DNA from: the human T2T-CHM13v2.0 reference genome, Homo sapiens | Reading direction: 5' to 3' (one strand) | Length of the DNA: 64,000 nucleotides | NCBI RefSeq assembly: GCF_009914755.1 | Contig: NC_060937.1 | Shown here: positions 41,995-55,899 of the stretch, piece by piece | How the letters are laid out: every line of letters starts with the position of its first letter | How positions within the stretch are numbered: position 1 is the first letter of the stretch | Program-made: the position numbers and the translations under genes | The notes under the pieces: generated by a model | The model's input: the letters and a program-made list of their open reading frames with translations, nothing else | The model's database searches: none | Told to the model about the DNA's origin: nothing

Positions 41995-42760
41995 TGTAGT
42001 ATCTTATCAATTTCAGTCAAATTACCAAGCTAGAGATTTTGCCTGAAGTTTTCGTCTGGGCGGTAAAAATGGCAGACAGACCTGAAAAAGGTATTATCTA
42101 GAACTTTCCACGATATATTGATGCAGGAGCCACATAGATTGTGCCCATAGTTGAGTCTTTCAAGTAATCCACAAGGGATTACTTGGGCCATTGAGTCTTT
42201 CAAGTAATCCAGAAGAATGTCCAGCTAAACTCCTCTTGGAAGTTTGCAAGGGCTGTCACAAATTCCACTAAGCCATGACCAAATGGGGTGGGCTACAGAA
42301 AGCAAGGCCTCCATCTCTAGAGCTCAAGGCTAAGTGAAAATGGATATCTCCCCGGAAACCTCAAAGACTGACTGGCTGTAGGTTTCACTGGTCCTACCAA
42401 AGTCTCATTTAGGCCTCTGCCTCTTAGCTCCAGAAGCAGCTTGCATGTCGATCACATATCAGCCCACCTAAAGTTAAGTACGATGACTTTCTTCAAGAAA
42501 GTAGCCAGAGGTCCAAGAAAGTAATCATTTCTTTACAATATAGACATCTAAATACACTAACTTTATCTGGTAATGGGACAAACTGATTGCCTGGAGTAAA
42601 TGGCTCAGAGACTTTGGCCTGAGGTTGTGCAGAAGCCTCTGAGTTATGTTCAGCCCAGGACTGGTGAAACCCCAACACGCCCCTGAGGATGGGTTTCTGC
42701 AAAAACGGTGCACACACAGTCCACACCATGATTGAGGATTACCCTGGAAGTAGCCTCTAT
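41995..42760 (+). mobile_element. Possible ancient Gypsy-type LTR (LTR81-like)
   Basis: More GC-rich block starting TGTAG...CAGTCAAATT...GTCTGGGC...AAAATGGCAGACAG, resembling my recollection of the LTR81 5' end. Not verified. Confidence 0.4.
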
Positions 42761-42777
42761 AGTCTTTTGAAAATCAT

Positions 42778-42823
42778 GCACACACACACACAAGCACACA
42801 CACACACTACCCACACACACACA
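42778..42823. repeat. Interrupted (CA)n microsatellite
   Basis: CA runs with a few interruptions. Confidence 0.85.
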
Positions 42824-42994
42824 CTAACATGATACAACTAAAACATGTAAACCTGAAAATAAATTCAGCCACAATCTTCAGAGGAAGAAGTTTGCCACCT
42901 TTGCTTTTATCCTTGACCCACTTTAGTCTATTGCCAAAAGTAAACCAGATTAATTGCATTAAAACATGTCATGTTACTCTTCCAAGCCCATGAT

Positions 42995-43138
42995 ATTTAG
43001 TGTGGCCATTGGTCCAGCAACACGTTCTGGAGACAGATTTATGCCTACCGAATCAGAAATTCTGGAGAGAGAGCTCTGCAATATTTTTGACTGTCCTCTC
43101 AGGTAATTTTAATGCAACTAAATGTTAACAGCCATTGC
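42995..43138. mobile_element. MER5-like hAT fragment within degenerate L2-like sequence (~42900-43670)
   Basis: CCTACCGAATCAGAAATTCTGG...CTCAGGTAATTTTAATGCA...AGCCATTG resembles MER5A. Confidence 0.55.
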
Positions 43139-44409
43139 TCTCCACAAAATATTGCATTGGGTCCTCATAAAGTAAATACCCTTACAATTCTCTAGAACTT
43201 AATGATATTTTTTCTTCTCATACTTTTTCTCTGCTTGCTAACCTCTCTAGATGCACTGCTTTCTTGGCTGTTTGTTCCTTAAATAAACCACTTTCCATAA
43301 CATGTACTTACACTGTACTTTTTCTTTCCATTGCCTAATGTTTTCCCCAGAGATCCATATTCTTCAGAAAGCCACCTCTTGACTTCAATGCCACCCTTCC
43401 AGTGAGTCTCTTTGTACCTCAGGCCTAAAATTTACACCGTCCCACTGAGCATCTCTATCTTCACTCCTTGTTGAAGATTCTCCTTAATACTCATCACTAC
43501 TTACCGTGCTCTATTTTCATTTAATTTTCCTAGTAATTGTCTACTCCCTAGAATAGGTCCTGAGGTCTGAAATCCTTGAAAAACAGATTTGTATTTGTTG
43601 TTTTTCATTGTTTGGCTCACTTTTGAGGTCCAAGAATATCTAGTAATGGCATGGCAATGCATGATAAATTGGTGTGTCATGACTGAAGATAACAATTTAC
43701 ATAGATTAAAAATATATTCTAAAAATTAATATGTCAGATATTTATTTTATAGTACAATCAGATGTTCTGTCTTTCAAAATATATTTGCTGTATCTATAGT
43801 TTACATTTTAAAAATGCACACTTGCTCTTAAATGTAGGTTTTCTACTTGGGAGTTTAGAATGGATATTACATAATTGTGTTTTATACATCACCGAAATAT
43901 TGCATATGAAATTCCTTATAGTTATAACAAATTTATGTGTTTTAGTTTTCATTTTCCCTGTTATATTTTCATTTTTTCATCCTACAGTGAAAAATCAATA
44001 CTTTACGAATTTTTTTCTCATTTTTTTCAGAAATTCTTAAGGAATATTGGAATTATAACATATTTTCTCATTTTATGTATTTAAAAGTATGTAGAACATG
44101 TCCCATATTAGAGAAAAATGTATTATTTCAGTGAACAAAGTGAACAATTATGTCAGCTAAGATGTTATTCACAAAGAGAGTAAATTCTTCTCAACTTTTT
44201 TATAAAAATTATTTTTGTTCAAAGGTTAGTTTTTACCCCTTAAGTTTATAAACTATCTTTTATATGTGACTTACTCTGAAATTGCTTTAACATTGTATAT
44301 TAGAAACTACAAAGCATGTTAATGGCTACTCCCTAAAGAATTATTTTTAGGACTCTACCTAATTTTACTAGTCCTGAAATAGAACAGTCTCTTTGGACAA
44401 GTAAAAACC

Positions 44410-44560
44410 ACATGAACTTGGACTGAGAAATTTGGATTTTAATGAATTTGCTGCCCATGCCTTTAACGAAGTCATTTAATCTCACTGGGCATCTGATTCC
44501 TCATCTACAAACTTAACGTTTTGGTTTCTAGACTTCAGTAGTTTGTTCTAATTTTATCTT
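44410..44560 (+). mobile_element. MIR fragment
   Basis: AAGTCATTTAATCTCACTGGGCATCTGATTCCTCATCTACAAA resembles the MIR core. Confidence 0.6.
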
Positions 44561-46879
44561 CTTAAAAATTGCTACTTGTTTTAGACTTAAATTTGCCTTT
44601 TTCCCCCCAAATAGATTTCTGTGCAAAGTATAGATTTCAAGCTTCTTCATTTCATTCTTTTGGCACCTGAAATGTTTATTACCAGGGATTATGAACAAAA
44701 GAGCTTCCCGAAGAGTTTATGTTGGCTTTTTTTATTGGTCATCCTGTACACTAAATATGTATCTATCACATTAGGCTTATTAATATTTTTTCTAATTCTC
44801 AGTATTTATCCATTTTCAGAAAGTTTATTCTGACCAGATAGGGAAATGTATGTTAATATATTTTCTGTTTTAAAGTTTGGATTCAAATGGTTTTGTAGTT
44901 CAAACTTTGCAGTTCATTATGGGACCTCTATTAGGTTCAGTAATGATAGCATACTTGCTGTATTTCTTCTAGGTTTTTTGTTCTTTTTTTTCAGTTACAT
45001 GAAATAAATTTTGCAGCAAAACTCGTTTTTGCTAATTACTTTTTTTTCAAGGGTCATCTTTTTTCTTTTATTATTATTCTTGGAAAAAGTTGAGGGAAGG
45101 ATGAATAAAGAGGTGGATGGTCAGTTTCATCCATGAAAATAATATTATATCTGCAGACGCTAAATAACGTAAAAACAACAGTGGCACAAGAACATATAGT
45201 CATATGAAATCACATTGCTCCAAACTTTTTAGGAGACACAAACATTTTTATAGAAAATCTGGAGGATGAGAAAAACATTTTATTTGTTTGCTTGTTAAGA
45301 AAATGCTTTGTGTGACATACAATTTTAACTATAAGTGATTTTCTTTATAGGAAATGCTAAATGAAAAGGATAGGTGTTTTATGTAGTTCTGAAGCCCTGA
45401 GGTTTCAGTTATATAAACAAGGATTGAGCAAAAGAATATATTAAGAACATATAAATTTTATTTATTTATCAGAATTATATGGTGCCTTTTCTTTTGACAC
45501 GTCAATAAATATATTGCTTACTTCCAGCATTAAGGCCAACTTTCCTTTGGAGGGACCATAGAATTTCTCCAAGTGCTGCTATTAGTTACTATTGCTAGTT
45601 CCTTTTTGATCACCTCTGTAGATATTATCTGTCTGCAGTTCTTTACTTATCAAAGTAAGCCTTGCCATTTTATCAACTGTAGGTATGTCTGAGGTATAAA
45701 AGAAAAAAAAAACTCAGAATATACAATATAATACTTTCGTTCCTCATCTTTTGAATTTATTCAGAACTGTTTCACCTGTAATAGCAACTGTCATAATGGT
45801 TCCCATGTGACTAATTATTTTCCTATTGCAAAAATATTAATTTTCATAGAAATTCTATTTAACAAATGAAAATTCTTACCAATAAAACCCATATCTAAAT
45901 GGTCTGATTTTGAAACATATTTTTCTGCAATGTACTTATATTTGTGAACTGCCTATTTTTTTACTGCTTAAATAATTATGTGCTAAACTTTTTCTTAAAT
46001 AATTATGTGGTAAACTTGATGTGTTTATGACTCAAACTTTCTGACAAGATTTTTTTATCATCAACAAAGAAATGGCAGATGAAATAGCTACTTTAAACAT
46101 ATGCATACAATTTTTAATACAATCAATAGTGGTGGTAATGAATAAGCTAACTTCTTAATCCCAAAAGAGTTTATTTTAACATTTAGTCTGTATTTTGTGT
46201 TTACTTAGAATTAATTTTTAAAATGCAATCGATTTCTTTTTCTAAGAATAAGCCTTCTTATCCTACCTATAGGTACAATTACAAGACCTAAACTAATCCA
46301 TTATGGTTCTTCTCAAGAGTGCTGTAGGTGGTGACTATTGAGGAATAGACAGAGATTGAGGATAACATGAAGGAGAAAAGTAATGAAAGTGATATAAACT
46401 AAACTGAGTACCTAGAGGCACTCACAGACCACTAAATGAGGATAATTATCAATTTATGAGAGATAATGACTAATAAATGAGGGGTATGATTAACTTAATG
46501 TACCTGAATTATCAAAGATTTAAAGAGAAAAAAGGAGACTACAAGAAGGACATTTTAGTTTTGGTGATCAAAGAAGTTCATGGGAGGAAGTGATGTAGAC
46601 CAATAAGGAGATAAATGAAAGATGGGAATGTGAGTAAAGATTGGGCTGCTGGGGAGAGAATTCCAGAAAGAGAAAGGAGAAAGCACATTTTTTCCTAAGT
46701 TGGGAAGGATTCTGATTATGCATGACATTGAGTTTTTTTTTTTTTTTAAGCATGGAAGGGTGCATAGTCTCTTTTTAAATCTTTCATTCCTTTCTTGTGC
46801 TTTTCTTTCTGTTCTTTTTTTTAATATTGTTATTTCTTTTACTCTTTAACAAGCATTTGAGGGTTTATTTTTCTGAGCA

Positions 46880-47340
46880 CATACTTAACTATGTAACATG
46901 AGTTTTATTGTATAGTACCCTTTTTACTGTTCTCATCTATAAAATGGAGATAAAAATAGCACACATTGGGCAGAGCACGGTCGCTTACGCCTGTAATCCC
47001 AACACTTTAGGAGGTCGAGGCAGGTGGATCACCTAAGATCAGGAGTTCAAGACCAGCCTGGCCAACATGGCGAAACCCCTTCTCTACCCAAAATACAAAA
47101 AAAATAGCCGGGCATGGTGGTGGGCGCCTGTAATCCCAGCTACTCAGTAGTGAGACAGGAGAATTGCGTGAACCCGGGAGGCGGAGATTGCAGTGAGCTG
47201 AGTTCGTGACATTGCACTCTAGTCTGGGTAACAGAGTGAGATTCCATCTCAAAAAAAATAAATAAATAGCACACTTTTTCTAGGGTTGTTGTGAGGATTG
47301 AATGAGTTAATGAATATAAAGGGCTAAAAAGACAGACAGC
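46880..47340 (+). mobile_element. MIR split by an Alu insertion
   Basis: CTCATCTATAAAATGGAGATAAAAATAGCAC [Alu] TAGGGTTGTTGTGAGGATTGAATGAGTTAAT forms a continuous MIR core. Confidence 0.75.
46968..47263 (+). mobile_element. AluS (Sx-like)
   Basis: Alu dimer; TSD AAATAGCACAC at 46954-46964 and 47264-47274. Confidence 0.94.
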
Positions 47341-47343
47341 ATT

Positions 47344-47703
47344 TGATATGGTTTGGCTGTGTCCCCACCCAAATCTCACCTTGAATTGTAGCTCCCATAA
47401 ACCCCACATGGGAGGTACCAGGTAGGAGGTAACTGAATCATGGGGGTGGGTTATTACTGTGCTGTTCTTGTGATAGCAAATAAGTCTCATGAGATCTGGT
47501 CCTTTTATAAAGAGCAGTTCCCCTGCACATGCTTTCTTTGCCTGCTGCCATGTAAGATGTGTCTTTGCCTGTCCTTTGCCTTCTGCCATGATTGTGAGGC
47601 CTCTTCAGCTATGTGGAATTCTGAGTCTATTAAACCTCTTTTTCTTTATAATTTACCCAGTCTGGTGTATTTCTTCGTAGCAGTATGAAAATTGACTAAT
47701 ACA
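47344..47703 (+). mobile_element. THE1C-like solo LTR
   Basis: TGATATGGTTTGGCTGTGTCCCCACCC...GACTAATACA; near-TSD GCATT/GCAAT. Confidence 0.9.
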
Positions 47704-48074
47704 GCAATATCAAAATTGTTCACTGTATGTTAGCTACTTCCCCTTTCCTCTTTCTCTTCATTATTCTTAATAATATCCATGTTTCATTATGCATTATTTG
47801 TGCACTATTTTTCATTATTTGGTTTCACTTAGTGCACATTGACAGGTCATGTTCTTACATTTACATTTTGTAATTTTTGAAATCTAGATAGTATTTTTAC
47901 TCCACTATAACATCCATTTAAAAATTAGAACACATATATTTCTTTATACTAGCACTTCACTCACACTATACTATTTCTTTTGTCACCTCCAACTACACTA
48001 TCCATTTTAGCTTTATTCATATTCATAAAAATTATATTCAGTTCCATAACAGAAGCCATTTAGCATTATCCCTA

Positions 48075-48562
48075 TAGTTAAATATTTTTTATTGCCATGT
48101 AAGCAATTATCCCAAAGCTTCATGGTGTCAACTTGCAAACGTTTGCTACTTGTCCATTTCTGTGGACCAAGATTCCAAATGTTGCTTAGCTGAGTGCCTC
48201 TGGTTCCTGATCTTTCATAAGCTACAGGCTGGAATGCAGTTGTTGACAGGATTCCACACCTGATGGTAGGCAGAAGCCCTGAGTTTCTCACCGACTCAGG
48301 GCCTCCCCACTTACGCATCTCCTTACTGCAGCTCACATAATGACAGCTGGCTTATTTCAGAGCAAGCAAGGGAGAAACAGGACACAAGAATAAAGACATG
48401 GTCTTTTTGCAGTCTATACTTGAAATTGTCTTCTGTCATACTCTTTTCATGAAAAGGAAACATCTAAATGTAGCCCACATTCAAAGGGAAGGAAATATTC
48501 AAGGGTGTTAAGTACCAGGAGGCAGGGACCATTAGGAGGCCTCTTACCAGCTGCCTATCCTA
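48075..48562 (-). mobile_element. MLT1 (MLT1F-like) LTR
   Basis: GCTTAGCTGAGTGCCTCTGG...GCCCACATTCAAAGGGAAGG...TACCAGGAGGCAGGGACCATT...GCTGCCTA. Confidence 0.7.
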
Positions 48563-50014
48563 TTGCAAGTGGGTACAGCACTCAGCGCTTGATCTTTTGT
48601 CACCACCGAAACAGCAAGTGTGCATTATTTATTTTGACTTTTCTTATATTTGTTCCAAGTTTTCACCATCAAATAGGTCTTCCTATTTTGAAACTTGAGA
48701 TATGAATTTTATATTTTAGGATTTGTGCTTTATTGTTACATTTTCCCTCACCTCCTGACCAAAAAAAAAAAAATCCTAGGTCGGGTAATTCTGGAATCTT
48801 TGCATAGTCTGAAGATATCATACCACTCTTTTATGAATCTTGATGCTGAGAAAAATTCTATCTCAAGTTAACCTTATTTTTTCATTTTATATGGTCTTCT
48901 TTATAGACATAGGCCATCTGTATGCTAAAGAAATGGAAGTAGGGCAATGATCTAGGTCAGATAGAAATTTCAAGTTACTTAGAATATCTTATAACAGTTT
49001 CTTTACAAGTCAGTTTTGACTTTTACCCTGAGGGTATATTAATGATAGTAAACATGGACTGAGTAATTATTAAGAGGCTCAGATATTGAGCTCAGTAACT
49101 AATCGACATTATTTTAATTGCCATGAAAATTCTATATGAGAGATACTTTTTTCCTCCAATTCTACAACTGATAAAAAAAAGGACCAAGAATGTATTATAC
49201 AGAATTATTTAAACTAGACATGCTAGAGCATCCAAAATATTTTAGAAATATGATGTGACCCATTTACTCTCTATTTGATAACAACTCTAGAGGTGTCTAT
49301 AGCAGTACAATCAAACATATTGAGAAATATATGAATAAAAATATTAGCATGTCTGTATGAAACATTTGGATATGCATAGGTAACAGAGTTAATAAAATTT
49401 TAAATTTCCTTTTAAATGACACCAAGTAAGTTTGTACCAAAACTTTACAATCTTTGATATGTTAAAGCTACTGAATTTTGGAATTGCAGAGAGGGGGATG
49501 TTAGCATGTGAATTTAGAGACCTGTGTGCAAAGGCTAGCAGCTGGCCAGTGGTTTCCGGGGGATTTTAAGCCAAGTAGCCTAACTTCAAGATCCACATTT
49601 TTAAGTGTTCCATATCAGTGGCTTGGACAAGTCTGGCGACACTCAATTTGGAGGTTTTTCTTCCACTTAGAATTCCTCTCACCTGGAATCAAATACTGCT
49701 TCTGAGACTTACTAAGTGTTTGTGACTTTGAGCAATTTGCTAACTCTTTTCGATAACCCCGGGTGATGAAATGTGGTACTTGCTACTGTGGCCACCCCAG
49801 ATATCCTTCAATACTAATTGTGCTACTTTAAGACATTGTTTAACCAAGTCCCCAAAGCTCTTATCTCAGGAGTCAAGTGGTCTGAATCCTAAGATAACAC
49901 TTAAAACTGATGATTCATTACTACCAACTTCATTGCTAATTTCCTTGCTAAAATAAAAGCTTTCATAATGACTTCTACTACACATGGATTCAACTCACTT
50001 ACCTTTTAAAAGAC

Positions 50015-50391
50015 TAGTATGGTTTTGTTGTGTCCCCACCCAAATCTTATCTTGAATGTAGTTCTCATACTTCCCACGTCATGGGAGGGACCTGGTGGGA
50101 GGTAATTGAATCATAGGGCGAGGGCGATTGCCCTCATGCTATTCTCATGATAGTAAGTTCTCACGAGATCCGATGATTTTATAAGGGGTTTTCCCTTTCA
50201 TTCAGTTCTCATTTTTCTCTTTCCTGCTGCCCTGTGAAGAAGAACATGCTTGCTTCCCCTTCTGCCATACTTGTAAGTTTCCTGAGGCTTCCTCAGCCAT
50301 GCTGAACTGTGAGTCAATTAGACCTCTTTCCTTTATAGATTACCCAGTCTCTGGTGTGTTTTTATTAGCAGTGTGAGAACAGACTAATACA
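50015..50391 (+). mobile_element. THE1D-like solo LTR
   Basis: TGTGTCCCCACCCAAATC...GTGAAGAAGAACATGCTTGCTTCCCC...GACTAATACA; perfect TSD AAGAC at 50010-50014 and 50392-50396. Confidence 0.92.
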
Positions 50392-53300
50392 AAGACGGTC
50401 ATGTGATAGTCCCAGTTTCTGAGAACAGTTTTAATAACAGAAAACTGAGTAGTAAATTTAAGAAGTATTATTAAGATGTGTGTAATTAAATATGGTTGCA
50501 GAAACAAGTTCTAAACAAGTCCTACACTTAAAATACTAATTTCATGCAGTAATGCTTATATTCATTTTTTCTCTCTTGCTTTTTAAATTTAGTGATATTT
50601 AAAATATAAGAATAATTTGAGCACTACGCCACAAGGAATGTTTAATGTCACATTTGATGTATGTAGTATTATGAATTCATTATGTTTGTTGATAAAGGTC
50701 AGGGAAACTATGTGACTTTGCTCATCCCTTCCACTTTCACTGAGTACATCACTCTTCTGAAACTGGTGTGTAACTTTTCTATTCATAGTTCTGTAGTTTT
50801 ACTTCACACATACAAGTGTATTACAGCATTGTTTGTAAAATTTTGTAAACAACCTAAATGTTTATCAATATGGGAATGGATATCTAAATTTAAAAATTAT
50901 GCATATAATTATTAATAAGTATTTTTAAAATATATCTGATTGTATTGTTTACCCTTTAAAAATTCATGAGTAACAATATAGGATAAAGGCTTGCCAGGTT
51001 TGCTGATAATGTTATCTGCCTTATCAAATTTGATTAGAAATTTTTTAAAGCCAAGGAGTTTCCTGTAATTTATTCAGAAAGTATTCTTCACAATGACCGT
51101 TAACTAAAACTGCAAAAATTACGTTGCTAACAGAAGAAGTGCAATTGGAAAACACTGACTGTAATCCAACTATGCCATAGGGTAACAATATTTAATTTGA
51201 TTTGCCTTCTCCAGCAACGTTAATTATGCTGACGTGGAAATATGGGAGCAGTTTTATCAACTAGATTTATATTTGGCTTAGCAGAGGTGGAAGTCATGTA
51301 ATGATGTCCATCCAGATGACTCGAGGGTTAAAGTTTAAGTATATCTGGTTAAATAATTTGATCTACTGCTAAATATTATCCATAGATTTTACAGTTTTCT
51401 GGTTTGGGTTGTGAGATTTCAGAGAAGTATAGATGTAAAATAAAAATTAAACATTTTCAATACTTTTTTTATTTACTTGTGCTTTTCCTAATTAATTGAG
51501 GAAGAAAATATGTAGGACTCATGCTATCAAATTTTAATTAAAAAGGAAAAAGAACAAATTAGTATTCATGAGCCTAGAGAAATCCTTAATATTTTTAATC
51601 AGTGAATGCCTATACCACAGAGAAAATCATGCTGATTGATATACATAGAAACATACTAATTGCAGATTTCAAATAAATGTTCTTTAAATCTTCATGAATA
51701 AAAAAAGTATGTTGTGTTTTCAGAATCAGCTATTATTTTTAACAACATCCAGTAACAGGTAAAATTATAATATCATATTATTAGGTTGTATTTATATAAA
51801 GAAAGTGTCTCTTTACTTCCAGTTTCCCAGGTTGCTACACATTTTCATTCATCATCTACTAAGAGGACCTTTACTGGGTTGCTAATTATTTGGGTTGCCC
51901 TTATTGTGGCTAAGATTGGGCACTAGACCTAGGTGGTCCGAATCTAAAATGCAGCCAGATTTTTGTCTAAGCAATTGCAGTTTTTATTGCTTGATTGAAA
52001 CTAATTCTTGCTTTCTTCTTTCTTTCATGATGTAATCTAGAAGCATTGAAAGAATTTGCTAGTTGGAAGTGGAACAAGAAATATTGCTTGAAAAATGTTA
52101 AACTGGAGCACTTAGTTAAAATATTCCAGTTTGTTGTCATACAGTTTTGCTTTCCATTGGCATACGTTTAAACGTCTATAGAGTGGGCTGTATAATTTTA
52201 TATGGGTTCTGTTCTCATATCCTTATAATATTTCTTCTTCTCAGCCAGCATACGAGATTAATTCCTTTTGTAACTAATACCACTTATCAAGTAGCCTCTG
52301 TTTTCTCTGCTTAAAAAAATGGGTTTTAAGGAATACATTCATAAACAGGGAAAAAATTCAAACCATGTGTAGGTCAGAAAGTAACCATCCTTCTACTTTC
52401 CAAGTCCATGAGTTCAGCTGTCTTAATTTAGATTCCACAAATAAGTGAGATCATGCAATGTTCGTTTTTCTGTGCCTGGCTTATTTCACTTAACATAATG
52501 ATTCCAGTTCTTGCCATGTTGTTTCACATGACTAGATCTCACTCTTTTTTATGACCAAATAGTACTCCACTGTGTATATGTACCATATTTTATCCATTCA
52601 TCTGTTGAGGAACAATTAGGTTGCCTCCAAATCTTAGTTATTATAAACAGTGCTGCAGCAAACATAGGAGTGCAGGTATTTCTTTGAGATTCTGATTCCC
52701 TTTCTTTTGAGTATATACCTAGCAGTGGGATTGCTGGATCATATGTACCTCTATTTTTAGTTTTTTGTTTATTTTTTGTTTATTGTTTATTTTTAGTTTA
52801 TTTTAGTTTTTTGAAGAGTCTCCAAAAGTGTTCTCCATAGTAGTTGTATTAACTTACATTTCCACCAACAGTGTAGTGGGATTCACTTTTCTCCACATCT
52901 TCACCAGCCTTTGTTATTACCCACCTTTTGAATATAAGCCATTTTAACTGGGGTGAGATGATATATCATTGTATTTTTGATTTGCATTTCTCTAATGATC
53001 TGTGATATTCATCACCTTTTCATATATCTGTTTGCCATTTGTATGTCTTCTTTTCAGAGATGTCTATTGAAATCTTTTGCCCATTTTTGACCAGATTATC
53101 AGATTTTTTCCTACAGAGTTGTTTGAGCTCCTTATATAATCTGGTGATAAATTCATTGTTGAAGTGGTATTTTGCATATTTTCTTCCATTTTATGTGTTG
53201 TCTCTTCACTTTGTTGATTGTATTCTTTACTGTGAAGAAGTCTTTTAATTTGATGTGATCCCATTTGTCCATTTTTGCTTCAGTTGCCTGTGACTGTGGT

Positions 53301-54012
53301 GTATTGCTCAAGAAATCTTTGCCCAGAACAATTTTCTGGAAAATTTACCCAATGTTTTCCTCCAGTAGTTTCATAGTTTGAGGCCTTAGGTTTAAGTATT
53401 TCATGCATTTTAATTTCATTTTGTATATGATGAGAGATAGAGATCTAGTTTCATTTTTCTGCATATGGATAACCAGTTTACCCAGCACATTTATTGAAGA
53501 GACTGTCTTTTCCCCACTGTATATTCTTGGCACCTTTATCAAAAACGAGTTCACTGTGTGGTGTGTGGATTAGTTTCCAGGTTCTGTATTCTCTTCCGTT
53601 GGTCTATGTGTCTGTTGATATGCCACTACCATGCTATTTCGGTTATTATAGCTCTGTAGTAGAATTTGAGGTCAGGTAATGTGATTCTTCTAGTTTGGTC
53701 CTTTTTGCTTAGGATACCTTTGGCTGTTCTGGGTCTTTTGTGGTTTCATGTAAATTTTAAGATTGTTTTTTCTATTTCTGTGAAGAATGTCATTAGTATT
53801 TTGATAAGGATTGCATTGAATCTGTAGATTGCTTTGGGTAGTAGGGACATTTTAACAATATTGATTCTTTCAATCTATAAACATGGAATAACTTTTTATT
53901 TTTGTGTGTCCTCTTCAATTTATTTCATTAGTCTTTTATAGCTTTCATTATAGAGATCTTTCATTTCTTTGCTTGATTCCTAAGTATTTAATTTTATGTG
54001 TGGCTATTATAA

Positions 54013-54427
<415 letters not shown>

Positions 54428-54822
54428 CCTGGCAAATTTATTTAATTGTTTATCTGTTCCAATAGTTTTCTTGTGGAGTCTTCCAAATATAAGATTACAT
54501 CATCTGCAAACAAGGATAATTTGACTTAATTCCTTCCTATTTGGATGCCTTTCATATACTTCTCTTGTCTGATTGCTATAGCTAGGACTTCCAGTTCTAT
54601 GTTGAACAACAGTGGGAATAGTGGGCATCCTTATCATGTTCCAGATCTTAGAGAAAAGGCTTTCTGTTTTTCCCCATTCAGTATGATACTAGCTGTGGGT
54701 ATGTTGTATATGGCTTTTATTATGTTGAGGTATGCTCCTTTTATATATTGTTTTTGAATGGATTTTATCATAAACAATGTTGAATTGTATCAAATGCTTT
54801 TTTAGCATCAATTGAAATGATC

Positions 54823-55127
54823 AGCCAGCCGCAGTGGCTAACGCCTGTAATCCTAGCACTTTGGGAGGCTGAGGCCAGCGGATCACGAGGCCAGGAGATC
54901 AAGACCAACCTGGCTAACACAGTGAAACCCCGTCTCTACTAAAAATACAAAAAACTAGCTGGGCGTGGTGGGGGGTGTCTGTAGTCCCAGCTACAGGGGA
55001 GGCTGAGGCAGGAGAATGGCGTGAACCTGGGAGGCGGAGCTTGCAGTGAGCCGAAATTGCACCATTGCCCTCCAGCCTGGGCGACAGAGTGAGACTCCGC
55101 CTCAAAAAATAAATAAAGAAAGAAAAT
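54823..55127 (+). mobile_element. AluY
   Basis: GGATCACGAGG..AGGAGATC, CTGGCTAACAC, GAATGGCGTGAACC and GGAGCTTGCAG; TSD core AAATGAT. Confidence 0.94.
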
Positions 55128-55899
55128 AAATGATAATATGGTTTTTGTACTTCATTCTGTTGCTATGATGTAGCACATTTATTTTCATATGTCAAACAAT
55201 CTCTGCATCCCAGTGGTAAATCCTACTTGGTCAGGATAAATAATCTTTCCAATGTATTGTTGAATTCAGTTTGCTAGTATTTTTTTATTTTGAAATATCT
55301 TTGGTTTTGGTATCAGAGTAATACTGGCCTCATAGAATGAGTTTGGAAGTATCCCATCCTCCTCTGTTGTTTGGAATGGTTTCAGTAGAACTGGTACTAG
55401 TTTTTCTTTAAATGTTTGGTAGAATTCAGCAATGAAGCCATCAAGTCCCAGGGTTTTTTTGTTTGGTTTTGTTTTGTTTGTTTTTTTACTGGGAGACTTT
55501 TCTTACTGATTTTCTCTTTTTTGCTTTTATTTCCTACTTGAAAGTATATATGTGCTTATCTTTATTCCCAATCTCATAATCTTTTGCCTTTAATTTTAAT
55601 GCTTTTTCTACCTTCTTCACACGGATTCTGAGATTGTTGAATTTTAAGATTCCTTTTTTTAAATGCATATATTTAAAGTTATAAGTTTCCTTTCAAGTAG
55701 AAATTTATTTGCACCCCCATAAGTTTAATGTGTTATATTTTATTAATATTAATTTCAAGCTGTTTCTAATTTTTACTGTAGTTTTTTCCAGACAATATAA
55801 TTTGGTTGTTTCGTTTCTAAATATTTGTGCTTTTTTCTGTTATTACTTTTATTGTATTAATTTGTAACTTGTCAAAGCACTTTTTGTATAAATTCTTTT

